A stretch of 62,549 nucleotides of DNA, filler included. It is 5 parts of 5 records of this genome, joined end to end, with 100 filler letters (N's around TTAATTAATTAA, not from the genome) between each part and the next. Parts side by side here need not be neighbours in the genome. Positions count along the whole stretch, not along the records: positions 19,860 to 28,790 come from DRR378314_1237; positions 28,891 to 42,227 come from DRR378314_1239; 3 more parts are not named here. One strand, 5' to 3'. Below the pieces are notes generated by a model. The model saw only the letters and a list, made by a program, of their open reading frames with translations, did not search any database and was not told where the DNA came from. Every line of letters begins with the position of its first letter. Position 1 is the stretch's first letter. This document shows positions 22,370-32,437 of the stretch, piece after piece. A program made the translations under genes and the position numbers.

Positions 22370-23563
22370 TTAACGCATGGCACTGCTGGCAGCGCGGGTA
22401 ATAAACATAACTTCTACGTGGCCCAGCCACTCAATATCGCTGGCGAGCGCCTTTAGTTGGCTGGCTAAGCACTGAGGGGGCTGGTGTACGGAATCGCCAA
22501 TAATCAGCGATACCGATACTTTATCGTCTAAATAGTGGAGTTGAAGCTCGGTTAATGTGCGCCAGACAGGGTGCATATACCAGCGCTCATTCAGCGTGGC
22601 TTCCACTTCGGGCCGCAGCGGAAGGCCGGGGAGACGGCTGGGATCGCCTTCTCCGGCATCATCTTCGGGGTCTACGTGAAAGATCACATCGGTGAGCAAC
22701 GGAAACTCATGCCTTAAGCGTCGACTTACTTCGTTGCCGATTTCATGGGCTTCAGACACGGTGATTTTTGGCCCGACCACCACATGTAAGTCGACCATGA
22801 CCCAGCCTGCAGACTGGCGGGTACGTAAGTCATGAACGCTGTCTACCCCTGGGACGCTTTGAGCAACGTTATGCATTTGCCGTTGAACGCTTTCAGGTAG
22901 CGCGGTATCGACTAATTCTCTGGCTGACTCCCAGAGTAAATCCCAACCTACTTTGCCAACTAATAAGCCAACAATGATAGCGGCAACAGCGTCTAGCCAG
23001 CCCAAACCAAACTGCGCGCCAATCAATGCAACCAAGACTACTGCGGTGGAGAGTGCATCGCTGCGGGAATGCCAAGCGTTTGCTTCCAATAGCTTAGATT
23101 TAACGCGTTTAGCAACGCGCATGGTATAGCGAAAAATCCACTCTTTACTGAACAAGGCGATGATTGTAATGACAATAGCCACCATGCCAGGGGCACTGAC
23201 CTCGGTACCACTAAACAAACGATCAAGGCTAGACCAGGCAATACCACCCGCCACAAAGATCAGTACGCTACCCAGCAGTAGCGTCGTTAGGGTTTCGATA
23301 CGGCCATGACCATAATGGTGATCATCGTCGGGTTCCTGGCGGCCGTAGTGGATAGCGGCCAGCACAAAACCGTCGGTCACAAGATCTGAAAGTGAATGGA
23401 TACCATCGGCAATCAGCGCCGCCGAGCCCACCCAAAAGCCGACCACGACTTTAACAATGCTCAACAAGCCATCCAGCCAAGCGCCAATATAGGTAACACG
23501 CTTGGCTTCTCGGCTATCTAGCTCATGCTTGGGAACCACTGGCGATTCTACGGTCTGAGTCAT
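22370..23563 (-). CDS. cation diffusion facilitator (FieF-like) with C-terminal extension
   Basis: SAALIADGIHSLSD, HHYGHGRIE, AWHSRSD, EAHEIG, HVDP. Confidence 0.9.
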   Translation of the reverse strand: MTQTVESPVVPKHELDSREAKRVTYIGAWLDGLLSIVKVVVGFWVGSAALIADGIHSLSDLVTDGFVLAAIHYGRQEPDDDHHYGHGRIETLTTLLLGSVLIFVAGGIAWSSLDRLFSGTEVSAPGMVAIVITIIALFSKEWIFRYTMRVAKRVKSKLLEANAWHSRSDALSTAVVLVALIGAQFGLGWLDAVAAIIVGLLVGKVGWDLLWESARELVDTALPESVQRQMHNVAQSVPGVDSVHDLRTRQSAGWVMVDLHVVVGPKITVSEAHEIGNEVSRRLRHEFPLLTDVIFHVDPEDDAGEGDPSRLPGLPLRPEVEATLNERWYMHPVWRTLTELQLHYLDDKVSVSLIIGDSVHQPPQCLASQLKALASDIEWLGHVEVMFITRAASSAMR

Positions 23564-23762
23564 GAGGGACCTTGCTGGGGCACATACTTCCAATAGATGT
23601 CTATTGTAGCGCACAGTGCCTTAGCGCTATACCTTCTTGTGAATTTGCTCGTATGCTGGATGCGGACAATGAATTAAGGGATGTGTATCCTTAGCGCCAT
23701 TGCGAGCGCATGAATGTCACAAAGCACCTAAATATCATTAATATTTAAGCACGGGATAACCC

Positions 23763-24563
23763 ATGGATTGGTTACAGGTAGTTGTGTTAGCGGTAGTTCA
23801 GGGGCTCACAGAATTTTTACCTATATCGAGTTCGGCTCACCTTATATTGGTACCTGTTTTGACTGCCTGGGAAGATCAGGGCCTTGCTTTTGATGTGGCG
23901 CTGCATCTTGGCAGTTTAAGCGCCGTTGTGATCTATTTTCGGCATGAAATTGGCAGAATGATCGCTAGCAGCTTGGCCGCACTTCGCGGCCAAGCGGTTA
24001 ATGATGATGCCATGTTGGCGTTTTGGGTCGTTATTGCCACCTTGCCAGTGTGTATCGTCGGGTTTTTGCTTCACGATGTGATCTCAGGTTACATGCGCTC
24101 TACGCTGATCATTGGTGCCAGTTTGATTGTTTTTGGTTTGCTACTTGGTTACGCAGACTGGAAAAAACGCGGCACGCGTAGCGAATACCAGATGACGTTA
24201 AAAGATGTGCTCATCATCGGCGGCGCTCAAGTATTGGCACTCATTCCAGGCACCTCACGCTCAGGCATCACTATTACGGCGGCATTAATGGTGGGAATGA
24301 GCCGAGAGGGCGCAGCACGGTTTTCATTTCTACTGTCAATTCCTGTCATTGTGCTGGCGGGTGGTCTTGAGGCAATCAACTTACTGAAAGACCCTCAGCT
24401 TATCGATATACCGGCCATGTTAGTAGGTACTTTACTCTCGGGCATAAGCGCCTATGTGTGTATCCACTACTTCCTAGTTGTAATTAAAAAGCTGGGCATG
24501 CAGCCATTTGTGGTATATCGGGTGCTGTTTGGAGCTTGGTTGCTATGGTTTTTCCACTTCTAG
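23763..24563 (+). CDS. uppP: undecaprenyl-diphosphate phosphatase
   Basis: QGLTEFLPISSSAHL and PGTSRSG motifs. Confidence 0.96.
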   Translation: MDWLQVVVLAVVQGLTEFLPISSSAHLILVPVLTAWEDQGLAFDVALHLGSLSAVVIYFRHEIGRMIASSLAALRGQAVNDDAMLAFWVVIATLPVCIVGFLLHDVISGYMRSTLIIGASLIVFGLLLGYADWKKRGTRSEYQMTLKDVLIIGGAQVLALIPGTSRSGITITAALMVGMSREGAARFSFLLSIPVIVLAGGLEAINLLKDPQLIDIPAMLVGTLLSGISAYVCIHYFLVVIKKLGMQPFVVYRVLFGAWLLWFFHF

Positions 24564-24625
24564 TTGTTTCAGCGATAGAGGTTTTTCATTGTTAACCCAG
24601 TGCGTTTTATTCAAGGAAAAATAAA

Positions 24626-25726
24626 ATGAAGATTAATTCTCGGTGGTTAAAGTGTTCGGGATTATTGCTCATTGCTGCTGGGGCATTAATGGGGTGTTCA
24701 GAGAATGATCGGCCTTTAGATACCCCTGTTCGCTTTGAAGGCGGTATTTTTGGGACGTTTTACCAGGTCACCATTGCGGACCCGCTAACCCAAGGCGAGG
24801 CGAATGCACTGGAAGAAGGTTTCCTAGCGGAGCTCAACGACGTTGATCAAGCGATGTCGACTTACCGCGATGACGCCGAGCTTGTGGTCTTTAATGAGGC
24901 TCCCCTTAATGAATGGCAACCGCTGTCTAACGAGTTAATTGAAGTGCTTGCGATTAGCCACTCGGTATCAGAAGCAAGCAACGGCGCGTTTGATATCACC
25001 GTTGGCGATGTGGTCAATTTATGGAGTTTTGGCCCTGAAGCACGCCCTGAAGAGGTGCCTTCAGACGCGGAGCTTAGCGAACGCATGGCCACGATTGGCT
25101 ATGATGCAGTTGACATCGATACTCAGCTTATGCAGGCGCGGCGCTCCCGCGATGTATTTGCTGATTTGTCGGGTGTGGCTAAGGGGCATGGCACCGATCG
25201 CGTTGGGGCATATCTGGATCAACAGGGGATTGAAAACTACCTCGTCAATATTGGTGGCGAATTAATTGCCCGTGGGTACCGTGACTTAGAAGAGCAAAGC
25301 CCTTGGCGTGTTGGCATCGAGGTACCACATAACGGCGTACCAGAAGCACAGCATGTTATTCCTCTTGAAAATATGTCGGTTGCAACATCGGGGGATTATC
25401 GCAACTATTTTGAAGTAGATGGTGAGCGTTTCTCCCACACTATCGATCCTCGCACCGGTCGGCCGGTTAAGCATCAGTTAGCGTCCGTGTCTGTTTTTCA
25501 CCCCTCTAATGCATGGGCCGACGCATGGTCCACGGCTATCTCAGTCGCAGGTAGCGAAGAAGGGATGCAGATGGCAATTGAGAATAACCTCAATGTATTG
25601 ATGTTAGTGAAAGAGAACGATCATTGGCGAAGCGTGGCCAGTCCCGCCTTCGTGGAATACTTCGATGAAGCGCTTATAGATGAACTGGGTATTGAAGCCT
25701 GGGAAGCTCCCGCCGCCAACCGCTAA
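24626..25726 (+). CDS. apbE: FAD:protein FMN transferase lipoprotein
   Basis: LMGC lipobox, DLSGVAKG, ATSGDYRNYFE, SHTIDPRTG. Confidence 0.94.
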   Translation: MKINSRWLKCSGLLLIAAGALMGCSENDRPLDTPVRFEGGIFGTFYQVTIADPLTQGEANALEEGFLAELNDVDQAMSTYRDDAELVVFNEAPLNEWQPLSNELIEVLAISHSVSEASNGAFDITVGDVVNLWSFGPEARPEEVPSDAELSERMATIGYDAVDIDTQLMQARRSRDVFADLSGVAKGHGTDRVGAYLDQQGIENYLVNIGGELIARGYRDLEEQSPWRVGIEVPHNGVPEAQHVIPLENMSVATSGDYRNYFEVDGERFSHTIDPRTGRPVKHQLASVSVFHPSNAWADAWSTAISVAGSEEGMQMAIENNLNVLMLVKENDHWRSVASPAFVEYFDEALIDELGIEAWEAPAANR

Positions 25727-25745
25727 ACCGTTACAGGTGACTAAA

Positions 25746-27110
25746 ATGCAAGACCTTGATGTCGTTATCCTCGCCGCTGGAAAAGGCACACGTATGCGCT
25801 CACAAACACCCAAAGTGCTGCATACGCTGGCAGGCAAATCGATGGTGCAACATGTGTTAGATACTGCCAATGGTCTTGCGCCTACTCGCACGCATGTTGT
25901 GATTGGCCATGGTGCCGACCAACTACGCGAAGCGTTAGCAGAGAGCAATGTAACGTTTGCGGTTCAGGAAGAGCAAAAAGGTACTGGCCATGCGGTTGCT
26001 CAAGCGCAGTCTCAATTAGGTAATGGGAACGTGTTGGTTCTGTATGGTGATGTGCCTATGATTCGCCGCGAATCACTGATGGCACTTCTCAGCCACGTTG
26101 ATGAGCAGCACATGGGGCTACTGACCGTTACGTTGGAAGATCCGTCTGGTTACGGACGTATTGTGCGCAATGATGACGGTGAGGCAGTGGCTATTATTGA
26201 GCAAAAAGATGCTAGTGCCGACCAGCTTGCCATTACCGAATGCAATACCGGCATCATGGCGATGACCAGTGCTCAGCTTAAACGGTGGCTACCACAGCTT
26301 TCTGCCGAAAATGCCCAGGGCGAGTACTACTTGACTGATGTGATTGCGATGGCGGCAAATGAAGGCATTAAAGTGTGTACTGCCCAGCCAGCCAGTGCAG
26401 TAGAAGTTGAAGGCGTGAATAACCGTTCACAAATGGCTCGTTTAGAGCGCGCTTATCAACTGCAGCAAGCTGAAACGTTAATGGCCCAAGGCGTTGCATT
26501 GGCCGACCCGGAAAGAATTGATATACGCGGTAAGCTCACCTGTGGTCATGATGTGTTTATCGACGTGGGCTGCGTGTTTGAAGGTGACGTAGAGCTGGGT
26601 GAAGGGGTGCGGGTTGGGCCTTACTGCGTGATTAAAAACAGCACGATTGGCGCTGAAAGTGTTATCGACAGCCATAGTGTGATCGACACAACCGTCGCTG
26701 CTGGTTTGAACCAAGTTGGCCCCTTTGCACGGCTACGCCCTGGCACACGCCTAGCAGTCAAAGCCAAGGTAGGAAACTTTGTTGAAACCAAGAATGCTGA
26801 TGTTGGTGAAGGAAGTAAAATCAATCACTTAAGCTATGTTGGTGATGCCCATTTAGGTCGTGATGTGAATGTTGGTGCAGGCACCATTACGTGTAATTAT
26901 GACGGTGTAAATAAACATCGCACCGACATTGGTGATAACGCCTTTATAGGTTCAAACAGCGCCTTAGTGGCACCAGTGACGGTGGGTAAAGGAGCGACTA
27001 TTGGTGCGGGCTCAACCATTTGCAAAGATGTAGCGGAGCATGCGTTGGCGGTTACTCGCAGCAAGCAACTAGAAAAAGCGGGGTGGCCGCGCCCCGTTAA
27101 AAAAAGCTAA
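25746..27110 (+). CDS. glmU: bifunctional UDP-GlcNAc pyrophosphorylase / glucosamine-1-P acetyltransferase
   Basis: LAAGKGTRM..PKVLH, NAQGEYYLTD, GAGTITCNYDG, hexapeptide repeats. Confidence 0.97.
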   Translation: MQDLDVVILAAGKGTRMRSQTPKVLHTLAGKSMVQHVLDTANGLAPTRTHVVIGHGADQLREALAESNVTFAVQEEQKGTGHAVAQAQSQLGNGNVLVLYGDVPMIRRESLMALLSHVDEQHMGLLTVTLEDPSGYGRIVRNDDGEAVAIIEQKDASADQLAITECNTGIMAMTSAQLKRWLPQLSAENAQGEYYLTDVIAMAANEGIKVCTAQPASAVEVEGVNNRSQMARLERAYQLQQAETLMAQGVALADPERIDIRGKLTCGHDVFIDVGCVFEGDVELGEGVRVGPYCVIKNSTIGAESVIDSHSVIDTTVAAGLNQVGPFARLRPGTRLAVKAKVGNFVETKNADVGEGSKINHLSYVGDAHLGRDVNVGAGTITCNYDGVNKHRTDIGDNAFIGSNSALVAPVTVGKGATIGAGSTICKDVAEHALAVTRSKQLEKAGWPRPVKKS

Positions 27111-27156
27111 CTAGGTTATTTTCTAACTGAATTGTGAGCTTCTAACAGTGCCTTAC

Positions 27157-27182
27157 AAGATGCGGCTATTTGCCGCATCTTT
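27157..27182 (+). terminator. terminator-like hairpin after glmU
   Basis: aagatgcggc-tattt-gccgcatctt. Confidence 0.6.
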
Positions 27183-27265
27183 ACCTTGATCGCTGCGTTG
27201 CAGCACGTAATTAGTGTGCTTATCATCGTGGCGGTCTTTCTTAACCCTGCCAGGATCACTTTACT

Positions 27266-28732
27266 ATGAAACCACCTAACGTCCTTGCAATGCGGCAGTC
27301 TACTTGCCGGTTTGCTTGGTTGTTGATCGCGCTATGTTTGTTTGCTTTTCCCACCCTCTCCTATGCCTCTTCTGGTTCTTTAGATCTTACCGCTTCGTTT
27401 GCAGGTATTGCCTCTGTTGTCATCTTCGTTCTTGCCTATGCCTTGGTAATGAGCGAAGAATTGATTCATATGCGCAAATCTAAACCAGTCCTGGTGGCCG
27501 CTGGGCTTATCTGGGCCCTGGTGGCGTGGGTCTATGTACAAGCGGGCATGCCTCATGAAGCGGAAGCTGCTTTTAAAGAAACGCTGCTTGAATATACCGA
27601 ACTCTTGCTGTTCTTACTGGTAGCGATGACCTATATCAACGCCATGGAAGAGCGCCGTATCTTTGATGCCCTGCGGGCATGGCTTGTTCGCAAAGGCTTT
27701 AGTTACCGTAGCCTGTTTTGGATTACGGGCTGTCTTGCCTTTGGTATTTCTGCCATTGCCAACAACATGACCACGGCGATGTTGATGTGCGCGGTAGTGT
27801 TGAAGGTGGCCGAAGGCGATAAAAAGTTTATTAGTCTGTGCTGTGTCAACGTAGTGGTAGCATCAAACGCAGGCGGCGCGTTTAGCCCGTTTGGTGATAT
27901 CACCACGTTGATGGTGTGGCAGGCGGGTCAGGTACCATTTGGTGGTTTCTTTGCGCTATTGATGCCAGCCATCGTCAACTTTATGGTGCCAGCGGTGATT
28001 ATGAATTTCTTCATCGTTAATCGTCAGCCTGCATCGCTCAAAGAGAATGTTTGGCTTAAACGTGGGGCGCGGCGCATTATCGTACTGTTTTTGATTACTG
28101 TGGCGATCTCAGTGCTGTGTCACTCGGTGCTTTATTTGCCCCCGGCGATGGGCATGATGTTTGGCCTTGGCCTACTGCAATTCTTTGGTTACTACCTACG
28201 CCGCAGCCTGCCACGCTCCCTGGAGCGCAAGCGTGAGCGTTACTCACGTCGCGGCGACTGGAAGAAGCTTGAGCAACTGGGAAGTGTTGTTCCTTTTGAT
28301 ATCTTCAGCCGTATTGCCCGCTCAGAGTGGGACACGTTGTTATTCTTCTATGGGGTCGTAATGTGTGTTGGCGGCCTGGGTTTCATGGGCTATTTAAGTC
28401 TATTGTCAGAAACCCTTTACGGTAGCTGGAACCCGGTGTGGGCCAACGTGGTGCTGGGGATGATTTCAGCGGTCGTTGATAACATCCCAGTGATGTTTGC
28501 GGTACTTTCCATGGCACCGGATATGTCGGAAGGCAACTGGCTGCTGATTACCTTAACCGCCGGTGTGGGCGGTAGTCTGCTTTCGATGGGGTCGGCTGCG
28601 GGTGTAGCGTTAATGGGCCAAGCACGGGGTATTTATACCTTTATGGGGCACATACGCTGGGCACCCGCTATTTTGTTGGGCTATGCCGCCAGTATTATGG
28701 TTCATCTATGGGTTAATGCAGCGCTGTTTTAA
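27266..28732 (+). CDS. nhaD: Na+/H+ antiporter NhaD
   Basis: HMRKSKPV, NAGGAFSPFGDITTLMVWQ, SAVVDNIPV, GGSLLSMGSAAGVALM. Confidence 0.92.
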   Translation: MKPPNVLAMRQSTCRFAWLLIALCLFAFPTLSYASSGSLDLTASFAGIASVVIFVLAYALVMSEELIHMRKSKPVLVAAGLIWALVAWVYVQAGMPHEAEAAFKETLLEYTELLLFLLVAMTYINAMEERRIFDALRAWLVRKGFSYRSLFWITGCLAFGISAIANNMTTAMLMCAVVLKVAEGDKKFISLCCVNVVVASNAGGAFSPFGDITTLMVWQAGQVPFGGFFALLMPAIVNFMVPAVIMNFFIVNRQPASLKENVWLKRGARRIIVLFLITVAISVLCHSVLYLPPAMGMMFGLGLLQFFGYYLRRSLPRSLERKRERYSRRGDWKKLEQLGSVVPFDIFSRIARSEWDTLLFFYGVVMCVGGLGFMGYLSLLSETLYGSWNPVWANVVLGMISAVVDNIPVMFAVLSMAPDMSEGNWLLITLTAGVGGSLLSMGSAAGVALMGQARGIYTFMGHIRWAPAILLGYAASIMVHLWVNAALF

Positions 28733-28760
28733 ATTAGCGGCTAATTCAGAGAGGTAAAAC

Positions 28761-28790
28761 AAACGCCCCTTATCAATTGATAAGGGGCGT
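28761..28790 (+). terminator. terminator after nhaD (cut at contig end)
   Basis: Perfect palindrome acgccccttatcaattgataaggggcgt. Confidence 0.75.
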
Positions 28791-28890
28791 NNNNNNNNNN
28801 NNNNNNNNNNNNNNNNNNNNNNNNNNNNNNNNNNTTAATTAATTAANNNNNNNNNNNNNNNNNNNNNNNNNNNNNNNNNNNNNNNNNNNN
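28791..28890. other. artificial contig spacer
   Basis: N44-TTAATTAATTAA-N44. Confidence 0.97.
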
Positions 28891-28921
28891 GCCCGCTCCC
28901 ACAAAGGCCCGCTCCCACAAA
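28891..28921. repeat. tandem REP-like units (GTGGGAGC type)
   Basis: gcccgctcccacaaa occurs twice with 16-nt period at the contig start. Confidence 0.6.
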
Positions 28922-28992
28922 CCCGGCTGCCGTAGAAGTGCAGTGCCAAGCAATCACTCCTCTCAATCCGATCTTTCAGCCAGTGAATTTCT

Positions 28993-30738
28993 ATGAATGA
29001 CGACACCCCCAACAGCAACGAAAGCCGCGTCGCGGACCAGCCTGCAGTGAAGGCGGACGAGACCGCTGTTAACAGCGGCGCCGCGAAGAAGGCCGCTAAA
29101 GCGCCGCGCAAGAAAGCGGCGGCGAAGAAGGCCATCGCCAAGAAAGCGACAGCTAAAAAGACGACAGCCAAAAAGGCCACCGCCAGAAAAGCCGCCGCCA
29201 AAAAGGCGAGCACGAAGGCGGCTGCTAAGAGAACACCCGCGAAAAAAGCGGCACCCAAGAAAGCCGCCGCCAAGCGCCAGGCGAAGCCGGCTTCGGCGCT
29301 GATCGTGGGCGCCGGCTTTGCCGGGCTGGGCATGGCGATCCGGCTGAAGCAGGCCGGGGTCAATGATTTCGTCATTCTGGAACGGGGCGACCGCGTCGGC
29401 GGCACCTGGCGGGACAACACCTACCCCGGTGCCGCCTGCGACATTCCTTCCAATCTGTATTCCTATTCGTTCGCGCCCAACCCGGAGTGGTCGCGGAGCT
29501 TCTCCGGCAGTAACGAGATTCTCGATTACATCCACTATCTGGTGGACGCGTTCGATCTGGAAAAACACATTCGCTTCAACTGCAACGTCACCGATTTGTC
29601 GTTCCAGGAAAAAGCCGGCCTGTGGGAAGCGACGCTGGAAAAAGGCGAGGTGGTGCGCGGCCGCACCGCGGTGATGGCCCAGGGGCCGTTGTCCAACGCC
29701 AGCTTCCCGAACATCGAAGGCCTGGACGAATTCAAAGGCAAGAAGATTCACAGCGCGCGCTGGGACCACGACTACGATTTCACCGGCAAGCGCGTGGCGG
29801 TGATCGGCACCGGCGCCAGCGGCATTCAAATTGTTCCGGAGCTGGTAAAAACCGTGGGCAAGTTGAAAGTGTTCCAGCGCACACCGGGCTGGGTGGTGCC
29901 GCGTCCGGATTTCAAAACGCCGGACTGGCACAAGAAGCTGTTCAAGAAAGTGCCCGCCAGCCAAAAGGCGGTGCGCCAGGCGCTGTTCTGGACCCACGAA
30001 ACCATGGCCATGGCGGTGATCTGGAACTCGCCGCTGACCCGCGTGGCCGAGCGCCTCAGCCTGGCGCACCTGCATAACCAGGTGGAAGACGACTGGATGC
30101 GCCGGCAGCTGACCCCGGACTTCCGCATCGGCTGCAAACGGGTGCTGGTTTCCAACGACTATTATCCGGCCCTGCAGAAAGACAACGCCGAGCTGATCAC
30201 CTGGCCGATCGCGCGGTTAGCGCCGAACGGCATCCGCACCTCGGACGGCGTCGAGCACCAGCTGGATTGCATCGTGTTCGCCACCGGCTTCGACGTCAGC
30301 AAGAGCGGCACGCCTTTTCCGGTCAAGGGTCTGGACGGCCGCCGGCTGGACGAGGAATGGCAGGGCGGCGCCCAGGCCTACAAGAGCATCAACGTGGCCG
30401 GCTACCCGAATCTGTTCCTCACCTTCGGCCCCAACTCCGGCCCGGGCCATAACTCGGCGCTGGTGTATATGGAGTCCCAGCTCGACTATGCGGTGAAGGG
30501 CATTCTGCGCATCCTCGACGGCAATCTGAAAATGCTGGATGTGAAGGAAGACGTTCAGCAGCGCCATAACCAGCGCCTGCAAAAGCGCCTCGCCAAAACC
30601 AACTGGAACTCCGGCTGCAAGAGCTGGTACCTCACCGAGGACGGCTTCAACGCCACCATGTTTCCGGGCTTCGCCACCCAGTACCAAAGGCAGATGGCGC
30701 AGTTCGAGGAGCAGGACTATCAGCTGGTGCCTGCCTGA
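28993..30738 (+). CDS. type I Baeyer-Villiger monooxygenase with N-terminal Lys/Ala-rich histone-H1-like tail
   Basis: GAGFAG, GGTWRDNTYPGAACD, fingerprint FKGKKIHSARWD, GTGASG, ATGF. Confidence 0.9.
   Translation: MNDDTPNSNESRVADQPAVKADETAVNSGAAKKAAKAPRKKAAAKKAIAKKATAKKTTAKKATARKAAAKKASTKAAAKRTPAKKAAPKKAAAKRQAKPASALIVGAGFAGLGMAIRLKQAGVNDFVILERGDRVGGTWRDNTYPGAACDIPSNLYSYSFAPNPEWSRSFSGSNEILDYIHYLVDAFDLEKHIRFNCNVTDLSFQEKAGLWEATLEKGEVVRGRTAVMAQGPLSNASFPNIEGLDEFKGKKIHSARWDHDYDFTGKRVAVIGTGASGIQIVPELVKTVGKLKVFQRTPGWVVPRPDFKTPDWHKKLFKKVPASQKAVRQALFWTHETMAMAVIWNSPLTRVAERLSLAHLHNQVEDDWMRRQLTPDFRIGCKRVLVSNDYYPALQKDNAELITWPIARLAPNGIRTSDGVEHQLDCIVFATGFDVSKSGTPFPVKGLDGRRLDEEWQGGAQAYKSINVAGYPNLFLTFGPNSGPGHNSALVYMESQLDYAVKGILRILDGNLKMLDVKEDVQQRHNQRLQKRLAKTNWNSGCKSWYLTEDGFNATMFPGFATQYQRQMAQFEEQDYQLVPA
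29080..29286 (+). repeat. coding pentapeptide repeat (KKAxA-like, about a dozen units)
   Basis: AAKKAAKAPRKKAAAKKAIAKKATAKKTTAKKATARKAAAKKASTKAAAKRTPAKKAAPKKAAAKRQAK. Confidence 0.9.
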
Positions 30739-30919
30739 AGGGAGGATCGCGCCAGCGGATTGGCCGTAGCGACGACGGAACGGCCCACTCTGCACTTTCG
30801 GTGACGGGCGGGCGAAGGCATCATTGCCCCCCAGGAAAAGATGCCATTGAGCAATGTAAGCCTGGCCGCCCGGCAGCCGCGCAAAGCGCGCTGGCGGCGG
30901 ACCGGCGCTGGAGGTAGTA

Positions 30920-32413
30920 ATGTCCAATAACCATTTCGACGTGCTGATTATCGGCGCCGGTTTGTCCGGGGTGGGCGCGGCGTGTCACCTGAGCCGTCAG
31001 TCCCCGGACCGCAGTTTCGCCCTGATCGAGCGCCGCAAGCGCATCGGCGGCACCTGGGACCTGTTCCGTTATCCGGGCATCCGGTCGGATTCCGACATGT
31101 ACACCCTGGGCTATAACTTTCGCCCCTGGACCGAGCCCAAGGTGCTCGCCGACGGCCCGTCGATCCGCGAATACATCGCCGACACCGCCGCCGAATACAA
31201 CATCGACGACAAGATTTATTTCGAGCGCCGCATGGTCGATGCCGACTTCTCCACCCGCGACGGTCTGTGGACCGTGCGCGTGGAAAACGAAGGCAGCGGT
31301 GAAAGCGAAATCTTCACCTGCCAGTTCCTGCTCTGCTGCACCGGTTATTACAACTATGACGCCGGCTACACGCCGGACTTCCCCGGCGCCGATCAGTTCA
31401 AGGGGCGTCTGATACACCCCCAGCAGTGGCCGGAGAACCTCGACTACAGCGGCAAGAAAGTGGTGGTGATCGGCAGTGGCGCCACCGCGGTGACCCTGGT
31501 GCCGGCCATGGCCAAGGACGCCGAGCACGTCACCATGCTGCAGCGCTCGCCGACCTACATCGCCACCGTGCCGGAGCGCGACGAACTGTCGGTGAAATTG
31601 CGCCGTTTCCTGCCGGAAATGGTGGTCTACCGCATGGCGCGGGCCCGTAACATCGGCCTGCAGCGTCTGGTCTACCGGCTGTCCAAGCAGCGCCCGGGCC
31701 TGGTGCGCCGCGCCCTGCTGGCCGCCGCCCGCCGCCAGCTCGGCGACGACATCGACATGAAGCACTTCCGGCCCAGCTACAACCCCTGGGACGAGCGCCT
31801 GTGCGCGGTGCCCAACGGCGACCTGTTCAAGGTGCTGCGCCGTGGCGAAGCGTCCATCGTCACCGATCATATTGATACCTTCACCGAGAACGGCATCCGC
31901 CTGAAGTCCGGCGAAGAGCTGGAAGCGGACATCATCATCACCGCCACCGGCCTGGACCTGCAGCTGCTGGGCGGCGCCGAGCTGTCGGTGGACGGCCAGA
32001 CCCGCGAGCCCCGCGACGTGCTGGTGTACAAAGGCGTGATGCTGCGCGACGTGCCCAACATGGCCATGGTGTTCGGTTACACCAACGCCTCCTGGACGCT
32101 GAAAGCGGACATCGCCGCCGAGTACGTGTGCCGGCTGCTCAACTATATGTCCCGCAAGGGGCTGCAGCAGGTCACCCCGAAGGACCACGACGGCAGCGAC
32201 ACCGACAAGACCTTCCTGGACCTGCAGTCCGGCTATGTGCAGCGCGCCGCCCACCGGCTGCCGCGCCAGGGCGACAAGGCCCCCTGGAAGGTACTCAGCA
32301 ACTACCTCTACGATCTGCCGCGCCTGCGCTATGGCCGGCTTAACGATGACGCCCTGGAGTTCGTCAAGGCGGAGGGCGGCAAACGCCGTCGCCTGGGCGT
32401 GTCACGCGGCTGA
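30920..32413 (+). CDS. almA: AlmA/EthA-type flavin-containing monooxygenase (candidate long-chain alkane monooxygenase)
   Basis: 497 aa; GGTWDLFRYPGIRSDSD, FKGRLIHPQQWP, GSGATAVT, FGYTNASWTLK typical of the AlmA/EthA clade; substrate not established. Confidence 0.7.
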   Translation: MSNNHFDVLIIGAGLSGVGAACHLSRQSPDRSFALIERRKRIGGTWDLFRYPGIRSDSDMYTLGYNFRPWTEPKVLADGPSIREYIADTAAEYNIDDKIYFERRMVDADFSTRDGLWTVRVENEGSGESEIFTCQFLLCCTGYYNYDAGYTPDFPGADQFKGRLIHPQQWPENLDYSGKKVVVIGSGATAVTLVPAMAKDAEHVTMLQRSPTYIATVPERDELSVKLRRFLPEMVVYRMARARNIGLQRLVYRLSKQRPGLVRRALLAAARRQLGDDIDMKHFRPSYNPWDERLCAVPNGDLFKVLRRGEASIVTDHIDTFTENGIRLKSGEELEADIIITATGLDLQLLGGAELSVDGQTREPRDVLVYKGVMLRDVPNMAMVFGYTNASWTLKADIAAEYVCRLLNYMSRKGLQQVTPKDHDGSDTDKTFLDLQSGYVQRAAHRLPRQGDKAPWKVLSNYLYDLPRLRYGRLNDDALEFVKAEGGKRRRLGVSRG

Positions 32414-32437
32414 CACCGACGCGGACCGGCATCGTTC

